DNA from: Octopus sinensis
Taxonomy: Eukaryota
Reading direction: 5' to 3'
Length of the DNA stretch: 32,993 nt
NCBI RefSeq assembly: GCF_006345805.1
Contig: NW_021832735.1
Span: 1-32,993, forward strand
A program made the translations under genes and the position numbers. Below, one piece after another: positions 23,104-32,993 of the stretch. The notes beneath the pieces are model-generated. The model was not told the origin of the DNA. It worked only from the letters and a program-made list of their open reading frames with translations, and made no database searches. Each line of letters starts with the position of its first letter. Position 1 is the stretch's first letter.

Positions 23104-25904
23104 ATGATCACTACATGCAGATACCACGTTTTGACTGTAAAAGTATTATGAAGTCGCATTCATCCAAATTCCGTCCCCTTTGCCCAGCTGTGTCCAAAAT
23201 ATTGCAGCTCACAGACTCCGATAATGATTCCAAGAACCTGGTCACAGTTTCAAGAATCGTTGAAATCTGCAATGGAATAGTAACCTATTCACCAGATTTG
23301 AAGTTAATAAGTTGTGCCACAACAGGCGGTGATTTTGATTTCATTGTTCTTCTAATGTCACAGACATGACAAGAATTGGTGAACACACTGTTCTAGCCAC
23401 AATTCCTTTCCGCAAGAAAATAGTTTTCATTAATCCATCAAGTTTCCACATAAAATCTCTGGATTATAGTTTCTTTACAATTTCTTATTTCGAACATTCT
23501 ACATTTGTAGGGACTGAAATTTTAGTAAGACAATATATCTCATAGACTGGGATAAAAATAAATTTGAAGAAAAATTTAGTGTGAAGAAATTGTTGGAAAC
23601 ATAGCAGTTGGTCCACAGTATCATATCTTAATAGCCTTAGCTAATATAAATAGAATTAGCTGTTACACAATAGATGGTAGACACTTGTTTCAGTTGAGGA
23701 CCCATTCCATCGATATTCCAACCGACCTCACCGTATATCGAAATTATTCTTATGCTCTGCAAGGAAATGTAATTTACAAGATTTCAGCAAACGGTGCTGT
23801 GTCCCAAAGAGAAATTGGGATAAAAGCTCGATATATTTGTGTGGCAACAAATAATATTTACTTGACTGACCGTTTTAGTCTTTTGCATATTATTAGGACA
23901 AATAAAGATTTTTGGCCTCGGCTGTCTTACCATCACCAAGACCATGTCCCGAGCCTGATAAACCAAATCCATATTGATGACCCCTCCAACATTACAACGA
24001 TTCTACCTATATCAGCCTCTTCAGTAGTAATTATATATCGGGATCTAAAAGCTATATTAGTTACTGACGAAGGACAACCGTTTGGTGGAAAATGTTTAAC
24101 CTTTAAACTCCAGCCTTCTGTTTTCTGTAGAGTGGATTCGAACACATTTCTTGTCCTTTTTAGTGAGGACAGGAAACTTCAGTATATTACCTGTCCACAA
24201 CTAACTGAAGGTGATTTAATAGACGTCGAAAACAATTACATTCAAATGTGTCATATGGTATCAAATAGGTGTTTGGCTCTGACCACCAATGAAGGTAAAG
24301 TGGAGGTACATATTTTATTGATTAAAAAGGATCATGTCGACATTGTAAACAGAATTTCATTGGAACATGACAATGTCGCCATTGCTGCTACTCCAATTAA
24401 TTTTGTAGTTGTAGACAGAAAGAAACGTAACTTGTTATTTTATTCAAGCTTGGTGAGGAGCTTTCCAAGAAACACATTGAGTTCAATGGCTATCCTCATC
24501 ATTTTTCACAGACAAATTATACTTCTATGTTATCTTCAGGAGAGAGTCTTTGATGACTTGTTACAATATAACTGGACAAAGGAAATGGCAGTTTAAACTT
24601 CCTTCAAACTTTCGCTGTCACGCTGCTGTTTTCCAAGGAACAGCTTATGTGCTGGACGATCTACTCAGTCGGATTCTTCTTTACAAGTACCATGACTGGT
24701 CAGACTGTCATATAACCTTTCAAAATCCTTATAATAAAAATCTAAATATTCGACTCGAAGAAAAGGAGAATGACCAAGTTCTCATTGGTAAAATATGTCA
24801 TCTGGCAAATGGAAAGTTGGTGGTGTCCGACATATATAATGATTGTTTGTTATACATTTCCAACGAAGGAACATTGTGTCTAGATTATCTCTGCCGCCGT
24901 CTACAGCTACAGATATATGTCGATGGAATTATAATCAGATAGGCGTCACATTACCTCTAGAGAAGCAATTACGGGTCTTCGGAAACGTATCAAAGGCAGT
25001 TATAAGTGTCATTAAACCAGCCTTATGTACGGGTGTGTAAGCTGGGTGAAAGTCATATTTGTTATTGCGATAACCATCGCATTTAGATATTTTAAACATT
25101 AAAAATTGTAATCAATTCAAATAATTCATAGAATTAATATTCCTTTTGTAATGAAATCATTATCGTTAGAAAATGAAACACTAAAACTATTGATTGTTGG
25201 TAAGAAAGCAGTATTCTTCTACAAGATCATCAGGGAGAGAGGAAAGAGTTTTTACCATGTGAAAACACCCACTCTATGGTGTGGTTATGACGGTGGTCCT
25301 TATAGCATTGAGATGATACCCAATATTTTACTGTCGCAAGGGAAAACACAATCCAATCTCTATGGTGGACGTATTGATAAAATGTGTGTTCATTTGATAG
25401 ACAACAGCCGCATGTTTGCTGTAAATGAGCATGACTTGCTGGTGAAAGATCATGTCACAAGAAGCCAAATTAACATGTTCATCGATCTGGTAGATGTATT
25501 TTCTAGAAACATCAGTCTCAGTGAAATGTTGTCTTCTAGATTGTATCTACAAGATCTCACAGTTTCTGATAAAGCTCATGAAGTTGTTGTCCCTCAAAGT
25601 TTTGGAGATAAACATCCAGTGGAGATTGGTTGTTTGGTTATTACAGAAAATAACCTGGTTGCTTTATATGACAGCACAAATGAAAACATTAAGATATTAA
25701 CTTTTGATGGTCAACTTGTTGACTCTATCAAGTTAAATGTTGTCCCTAGACATATGTGTTGCTGGCGATCAAACACATTGGTTATAACGACCAATAACTA
25801 TCAACTGCTGACATTAAAAGTGGAATTTCCATTGATCTTGGCAACTTACCACACGGAAAATAGATACAATTGTATCGCTTGTCGATCCGACAATCTACTG
25901 GTGT

Positions 25905-25983
<79 letters not shown>

Positions 25984-27932
25984 CAGTAGCAGTAATGTTG
26001 ATGGTAATACCTGCATACCCGAAATTGAAAACGGCCTGTTTTATATATATATCGATGAAATACAGTCAGCTGTCCGTATTATGAGGGAAATAGACTTATT
26101 TTGGATGTGCTACAGATATAATATCACCCATATCTCAGTTATTGCTAATGACAACATCATCGTCAATACCGAGAGGCTCATCACTATTCTGAACCCGAAC
26201 GGGCAATATTTATATTCATTTAAGCACAGTATTTATTCCCGACCCATTTCTATGGCAACCGATGATACTTATTTGTACATTACTGGACGGAAGAACATCT
26301 ATGAAAACACGAAAAAGTATCGTATTGTCTCATTGTTGCAGAACGGTGAATACAAGAGAATATTCTTAAATGAAAGACATTATAAACGTCCGTTGGATTT
26401 CAACAGTATTAACTGTAAAGGCCCGAGAATTGTTGCAAACTATGACTCGTACTTATATATTGAAGGTTTGTACAAGATTAATCGGCAAAAATTCCCCGTT
26501 TCACGGTTACAAACAAACAATTGTCCTGTTCAAGTAAAAGATATCGATATCTCTGATGAAGGAAAGACAGTTGTGTGCGAAATGGCCAATAGTGGAAATG
26601 TTAAACTATTTGATGAAGACGGGAAGTTGCTATGTTACAGAGATTTTGGAAGTTTTGTTGGTGGTGTATGTTTTACAGGAGAAAGAAATATCTTGGTCAC
26701 AGTCCCTAACAGACAAGAAATATTTCAACTGAAGTCACAAAACTTGGAGAAATATAAAGTTTGGGAAAGTCGAGTACCTTATGGTATAATATGGAGAAAA
26801 GTGGGAAATATTTACTGGTGTGTACATATCAACATGATTGAATGTGATACTATAAAAATTGATGGGGACCAACTGAAGGTTCTGGAATCTATGTCGTTAT
26901 CAAATCTTGATTCTGGCCTTCATTTCCCTTCCATTACATCTCAGAAGAAGAAGGGAATGTTCAGTAATGAATTATTTAACAAACTTAAAAACCGTAGCGA
27001 TGGAGGAGAAAGAAGAAGTACATCAAGGGAAATAGAAGTAAGACGTGGTAATTACATAGCGGAAAGTATGTTAGGAATTGATGAAATATCAGTGAGAAGA
27101 CTGCCACATAGAACAGCAATGTTCCCGCTTTCATTTTCTCTATCTGGTTTACTAGATTCAAATTCGATGTTTTGTTTTCTAATGCTTTTAAGCTAATTAT
27201 GTTACAAGACAATAGTATCGTCGTGCTCCTCCATAATGTACTCTCATGGTCACCAGTGGAGACGGTCATCTGCTTTACAGTCAAACATTTGAAAAAGAAG
27301 CTCAAGATATATGTCAATGGACCGATGAATCATTTGTAGTCCTCTTTCGTACGATAAACAACTGATGTTCTTCGATACAGATTTGTGTCTTTAAAAAAGA
27401 TCACAACTGAAAAACCATACAATTTAATGTACAAAAAGAACGGCAATAATCTGGTATGTGTTTTGAAGACGCTCCAAATGAATGTAGTATATTCCATATG
27501 TGACATACGCAGACATACTTCACATTGGCCATGAAATGTACGAGTATAAGGCCAGTGAATTTAGGGAAGGAGGGGAAGGTTGTAGCAATGGGTGTGACAT
27601 CGAATGAAGACATTGTCGTTCTTAAGTACAAGGAAGATCATTACGATGTATGTTGGTACAGAGACAATTGGGTTAGAAGTCAACAACTAATGATTCAAGG
27701 TGAGGAACCATTTCCAAACATTTTCAACAAATCCTTGACCATCCACGGCGAAAATATTTACATATCAGATTTTAATAACAATATCCGCCAAGACAGCAAA
27801 TGCGAAATCTTTCTCAGCTCTCAGGAAATTGAAGTCTGCCACATCAAGGCCATACATGTTTCGGATTATTTCATCATGATTTACGGAAGTTTGGACAACC
27901 GTTTTGATGGATTATTTTATTATGAGAGATAA
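23104..27932 (+). CDS. Large terminal exon encoding ~6 tandem NHL-like beta-propeller modules (~1600 aa if repaired); many 1-nt frameshifts
   Basis: Acceptor ttattcag at 23103, phase 1, in frame with ORF 23115. Consecutive ORFs 23115, 23685, 24550, 24843, 25151, 27525. Repeating motifs like ICHLANGKLVVSDIYNDCLLYISNEG, LVITENNLVALYDSTNENIKILTFDG, IDISDEGKTVVCEMANSGNVKLFDEDG resemble mollusc TRIM-like C-terminal propellers. Confidence 0.8.
25907..25993 (+). repeat. In-frame (AGT)n microsatellite encoding 29 Ser
   Basis: 87 nt of agt/agc codons within ORF 25151..27196. Confidence 0.95.
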
Positions 27933-28100
27933 GGCCCTATATTGAATCGATATATGTTACGGGCAATTGGCATTAGCAGCCTTTTGACTATATTTCTTTA
28001 TTCGATGGGATCGCTTCTGGAATAGTCACACAAATACGTAGGTTTTAGCTGGATCCTTCACAAGATAGTTACCATAATGATTTCTAATTAGTTAATTGAT

Positions 28101-28106
28101 AATAAA
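28101..28106 (+). terminator. Candidate polyadenylation signal AATAAA
   Basis: About 170 nt after the stop at 27932; the region is AT-rich, so this is weak. Confidence 0.4.
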
Positions 28107-28578
28107 ATATTAATGAACTAGAAACAGTGTATGTATTCCACTGGAATAGCGTCTCCCCCTCCCCACACACACAATGACGACATTATCTGATTCAAATTGT
28201 TACTCTTACATGTTAACAATCTTATAAAAGAAACACAAAATCTCCATTTAAATTCTTATCTTGTCTTTCCCCTCAACAAATCTTTCAAATGTTTTTTTCT
28301 TTAATTGAATATATTTTATATATTTAACCCTAATTTAAAGATAATGCTTAATCTTAGAAAGTTTGTTTGAATTTATCACTAAATTATATTCATAAACCAA
28401 TGCTCGAAATATATATTACATCATACGTTATAGAACTGTGTGATTCATTTCAATGTAAATAAATAATATATTATTCAACAAAAAGAAGTTGTTTTCCTGA
28501 TTTTCTTATTTTTTAAAACTGTTTTGGTATTAATGGGGTTTGATAGGTCTAGTTTACAAATCTTTTATACTATTTCAG

Positions 28579-28671
28579 CATGTCACAGAGAGAATCTGTT
28601 CCAAATATTTTGTTGTAATTTCGATGAAGAGCAGCCGTTCTAAATGTTCAGTGGCAACACAGAAGAACTTG
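28579..28671 (+). CDS. Orphan exon-like segment (93 nt) with a SVATQ motif; possible exon of a neighbouring paralog
   Basis: Acceptor ttttatactatttcag followed by CATG; donor TTG|gtaagg; open frame HVTERICSKYFVVISMKSSRSKCSVATQKNL. Confidence 0.5.
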
Positions 28672-29089
28672 GTAAGGACTACCACAGATCTTCATTGTAG
28701 GTTTCGACAAGATCGATATAAGCTTTGTGGGTAGAATTTGTAGAGACTGCATGGAATCAGGCATTGTATTGGCCACCTGTCTGAAATATGTTTACAACAA
28801 CATTAAGTTCATTTGCGGATGCACGCACACAAACACACACACACACATCCGCAAACATACATACACAGGCATACAAACACACACCGACACATATATACAC
28901 AGTGTTTGTTCTAAAGAGGATTAAATTAGATTCGTTTGTGTAAGAAACGATGGTCAGGCTATTAGAGAAACCCAACTTAGAATCTCAGACGTTCCCACCG
29001 ATCATAATGGGTCTCAATTAAAAAATACGTGTGTGTGTACATACATATATACATATGTACAAATACACACATCGCCCATGCCATTCTCT

Positions 29090-29470
29090 TGGTCATCATT
29101 TAACGTCTACTTTTCCATGCTCGCATCGGTCAGACAGAATTTATTGGGGCAGATTGTCTATAGCTGGACGCAATTACTGGTTCCAACTCTCACCTGTTCC
29201 CAAGCACGGCAATATTTTCCGATGGCCGGACATGTTTCTGAAGGAAGATTGGAAATGATTGACATCACTTGTATTGATGGTAAAGCCGTTTTTAGTCATC
29301 ACATCATATCAAGTACACACATGATGAGCTTCTTTCAGTTTCCGTTTACTAAATCCACATACAAATCCTTTGGTTAACCTTTGGCCTAAAGGAGAAGATA
29401 ATAGCCCAAGTTACCGTAGAGTGGGACTGAACTCGCGACTTAGGAAGAAAGCTTTCGAACCACACAACCA
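29090..29470 (-). mobile_element. Decayed SINE
   Basis: gcttctttcagtttccgtttactaaatccac...cccaag...agtgggactgaac is homologous to 30592-30700. Confidence 0.7.
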
Positions 29471-30109
29471 TGGGTTAGTAATCTTCTTAAGGTCAACATT
29501 TACATTTTTGAAACCAATTCTATGCCTTATAGCTGAAATCCCTTTTTTCAGAAAACTGAATCGCTTCAAATTGGTTGAAAAGTGTCAGTGCTCCGATACA
29601 TTTCAAAATTTTAAACTTCATTCGGAGAATTAGCGTATATGAGATGCAGCTTTTGTTTTATGCCAAGGAGAAATACTACAGAGGCTCAATTTCAAGCAAG
29701 GCAAGAATAGAGGGATTGCTTGGACAGAGCTCTCTGACCTACTGTCCGTAACATCCCACCTACACCAGCCTGAAAGAGAGAAGCTGGACATTCCTAGGAT
29801 GATGTTGACGACTATGATGATGGTGATGAAAGAGAATTGGTTGATTAATATAGGAAATCTTCATCTTTCAAGTTGGTATGACATTGTGTTTGAATTACTC
29901 TCCAACTTTTTGCTGAATAAGAATTATAGAAACAGGTTTCTATATAAGGGAGTTATGCTGAGCTGGGGGGTCACCGGTTTCCCTGTACACTGAGTTCATC
30001 AGGGAATCAAGGAAATTAAAGCCAGTCCTGACTACCTTGGGGCTGTATTTGTTCAACATCTATTTGTATCATTGGAAGTCTAAGATGAGAATGTAGTCTT
30101 TACGTGTAG

Positions 30110-31150
30110 CAGATGTCCAGGTTCTTTAAACACTAGGAACGCGCAAAAGATAGACTCCCTCAAAAGTCAGGAGGACCCTTAGAAGTAGCAGACTGTCTGC
30201 TTAGGTGGCCAAGTTAAATGTTGTGGGGTGAGGTTGTTCCAAAGGCATAACTGCTTGAATAAGAATAGGCTGGGCAAAGTTCTGAGAGCTACTACATCTG
30301 TTAGTGACGATAGGTCACTCCCTCTGAGTGAAAGGCAGATTGTATACTCTCTTTTTTTCTTTTACTTGTTTCAGTCATTTGACTGCGGCCATGCTGGAGC
30401 ACCGCCGGAGCAATTCGACCCCGTAACTATTCTTTTGTAAGCCCAGTACTTATTCTATCGGTCTCTTTTGCCGAACCGCTAAGTAACGGGGACGTAAACA
30501 CACCAGCATCGGTTGTCAAGCAATGCTAGGGGACAACACAGACACACAAACACACACACCACGCATATATAATATATACATATATACGACGGGCTTCTTT
30601 CAGTTTCCGTCTACCAAATCCACTCACAAGGCTTTGCTCGGCCCGAGGCTATAGTAGAAGACACTTGCCCAAGGTGCCACGCAGTGGGACTGAACCCGGA
30701 ACCATGTGGTTGGTAGAGAAGCTACTTACCACACTCCTGCCTATATACGAACAGCTGCGCTACATGATTATGAAACATTGGCTGTGACTAGTGAAGATAT
30801 GCGAAGGCTTGAAACAAATAAAGCCAGTATGCTCCGCTGGATGAGTAATATCAGTGAGCGTATACAACAGTTTGTAAGTGATTTGAGAGAAGGACTGTGT
30901 ATACGAGGCATTAGATGTAGTGTGCAAGAGAGAAGACTGTGCTGGCATGAACATGTAATGAGTATGAATGAAAACTATCTCATCAAGAGGTGCTGATCTC
31001 TAATTGTGAAGGAAACACTGTGGAAGGAGTAGGCCCAAGAAAACGTGGGACGAAATGGGGAGAAAGGATCTTCAGACGTTGGGTCTCACAGAAGGGATGA
31101 CAAGGACCGAGACACAGGACGGTTTGCTATGCCTGAGAAAACACGTCAGG
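30110..31150 (+). mobile_element. Decayed RTE-clade LINE 3' fragment, interrupted by a SINE
   Basis: IRIGWAKF*ELL..., VKGRLY | IRTAALHDYETLAVTSEDMRRLE...MLRWM...VQERRLCWHEHV...RPKKTWDE. Confidence 0.85.
30345..30745 (-). mobile_element. tRNA-derived SINE with an internal (CA)/(TA) tract, nested in the RTE fragment
   Basis: Minus-strand head gtgtggtaagtagcttctctaccaaccacatggttccgggttcagtccc; splits the RTE reading frame. Confidence 0.85.
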
Positions 31151-31681
31151 TGAAGTATAATCGTGGTTGATCTTGCATATAGGCATGTCCCCTGCATCTC
31201 TTTTAAGCTGAGGTACCTAATCTTGTGCGCTCGTGGAGGCTGGTGCAATGTAAAATTCAGCCTCACTGGTGCCACATCAACACAATCAGTACACTCTATA
31301 AACTGGCTGACATTAGAAATGGTATCCAGACGTTAGAAAAAGGATCCACTTAAGCGGTGATCTGCTGTCATTACGCTTACCATCGCTGTCCGATGATATA
31401 AAAAAAAACAATCTTGCGGGTACCCTTTCATTGGACGAGGTGAAAACCATCGTTAGTTTACGATTAGTGATATTATTCAGAGAGACTTGCTTAAGAGAAC
31501 AGCTACAACAATGCGCTGTGTCTTTCGAAAGACTTGAACCAGCATCCGAGGTGTAGCTCGGTGTAAAGAACTTAGAAGTATCCGACGACATCGGCGACAC
31601 GAATCACTCGGCAAATGATCAAAACTGAACGGTGCCGGCAAAGATGGATCCCACCACCAAAATATACATCCTCTCGTTTCA

Positions 31682-31768
31682 TGACGTCAACATGTGTGTC
31701 TATCTGTCTAAGTCTTCCTGGAAGTCGAGCCGAAACTAGGGCCGTTTCACCGCCTTTCTCCAGTGAGT
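31682..31768 (+). promoter_or_regulatory. Candidate promoter/first exon in a CpG-rich patch: CRE and STAT/GAS motifs, splice donor
   Basis: TGACGTCA at 31682-31689, TTCCTGGAA at 31715-31723, CA|gtgagt at 31763; visibly CpG-rich over 31300-31870. Confidence 0.35.
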
Positions 31769-31849
31769 TTCTGACTGCTAGCTTTGTTCGGTGTGTCCGT
31801 CTTATAGCTTTGTTGTCATGTTTCCCAAATGACGCTCGTCGAAAAGAGA

Positions 31850-32790
31850 AAACCGCGACTTACGAGGAAAGAAGAGAGAGAGAGAGAGAAAGAAAGAGAG
31901 ATAGAAAGGTTGAGATAAAAGGGTGCGAAAAGAAAAACTAAAAGAGTGAAAGAAAGAAAGAAAAACATAGAAACAAAGGAAGAAAGAAAGAGGAAAGAAT
32001 AGTAGAAAGAAAAAAAGAAAAGAAGGAGGAAATGAGGAAGGAAATAAAGCAAGGAAAGAAGAGAAAGAAAGAAGGAAATAAAGAAAGAGTGGAAAAAAAG
32101 AAAGGAAGAATAAACAAACGGCGAAGTTATTTTGCGAAGGAGAAAATAAGATTGATAACAAATGAGACAGAGAATGAAAGAGAGAAAGAGAGAAAAAAGA
32201 AAGGAAGAAGGAAAGAGAGAAAGAAAGAATGAAATAAGAAAGAAGGTAAAAAGAAAGAGAGAAAAAAAGAAAGGAAGAAAGTAGAGAAGGAAAGAAGGAA
32301 AGAAAGAAAGAAAGAAAGAAAGAAGGGAGAAAGTGAAGAAAGAAAGAAAGAAAGAAAGAAAGAGAGAAAAAGAAAGAAAGGAAGAAGGAAGGAAGAAGGA
32401 AAGAAAGGAAGAAAGTAGGGAAGGAAAGAAGGAAAGAAAGAAAGAAAGAAGGAAATAAAGAAAAACTGACAGAAAGACAGAAAGAAGGAAGAAAGAACAA
32501 AAGAAACAGGGATAGAAAGATAGAAGATGGAAAATGGAAATAAAAGAAAGAAAGAAAGAAAGATAAGAAAGAAAAGAAAGAAAGAAGGACTGAATAAAGG
32601 CAGATAAACTGAAAGACAGAAAGAATGAAGAAAGAAAACAAGTTATATTGAAAGACAGAAGGAAGAAAACAGAAAAAAGAATGAATGAATAAAAGAAAGA
32701 AGGAAGGAAATAAGGAAGGAAGGGAAACAGGAATGAACGAGATTGAAAGAAATAGGACGTGATAATGGAATAAAGAGAAGGATGAGAGGG
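31850..32790. repeat. (GAAA/GAAG)n purine-rich tract
   Basis: Direct reading. Confidence 0.92.
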
Positions 32791-32811
32791 AAGAGATTAT
32801 CCCAGACGGGG

Positions 32812-32941
32812 CAAAGATAATTCCTCTTATTACACCCCGTTCTTCTTTCAACTGAATTACTTTCGGTTGGGTTAAATAGAATCTGTTCTCTGCGAAGACT
32901 TCAGATTGCCAAATATGATTGAATGGAAATAAGAGATCGAA
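32812..32941 (+). repeat. Conserved element following a purine tract, copy 3 of 3
   Basis: ctcttattacaccccgttcttctttcaactgaattactttcggttgggttaaatagaatctgtt...gaaataagagatcgaa. Confidence 0.75.
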
Positions 32942-32993
32942 CTCGGAATCTTGAGGTTAGTAGCCCGCGCTCTTAACCACTGTGTCATATACC
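32936..32993 (-). mobile_element. tRNA-like SINE head fragment
   Basis: Minus strand gacacagtggttaagagcgcgggctactaacctcaagattccgagttcgat, with A- and B-box-like sequences; related to 15410-15460. Confidence 0.7.

Noticed and set aside
31318-31628. Plus-strand frame beginning KWYPDVR, reminiscent of Rho GTPase KWYPEVR
   Set aside because: Similarity stops after seven residues, no G-box motifs, in-frame stop.
31802-32851. 349-aa minus-strand ORF
   Set aside because: Translation of a (CTTT)n tract.
32936-32993. Possible genuine tRNA gene (also the SINE heads at ~1860-1917 and 20401)
   Set aside because: No complete cloverleaf or acceptor stem; embedded in repeat contexts.

Overview
AT-rich, repeat-dense eukaryotic genomic DNA. 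The SINE and LINE families look like octopus/cephalopod repeats (recalled, not database-checked). Main host gene (+ strand): four intact phase-1 mini-exons (72, 51, 51, 51 nt), each encoding a VQTE motif resembling an LC8/dynein-light-chain binding site. They splice in frame into a 4.8-kb terminal exon (23104-27932) encoding about six tandem NHL-like beta-propeller modules. That exon has many 1-nt deletions, which may be assembly errors or pseudogenisation. The mini-exon array grew by tandem duplication of intron units containing decayed Hero-like RT fragments, and two dead exon copies remain. Mobile elements: a near full-length Penelope-like element (RT, C-terminal GIY-YIG, hammerhead-like motif in its 3' repeat) interrupted by a SINE that carries a 189-bp palindrome; a tRNA-headed element with a minimal hammerhead ribozyme, into whose (TAA)n tract a Dong/R4-like fragment inserted; several SINEs and RTE fragments. 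Three paralogous purine-tract blocks, each followed by a conserved ~130-bp sequence, plus an orphan exon and a CRE/STAT-motif region, suggest a tandem gene cluster. Most supplied ORFs are microsatellite artefacts, and the N-terminal coding exons of the gene were not found.
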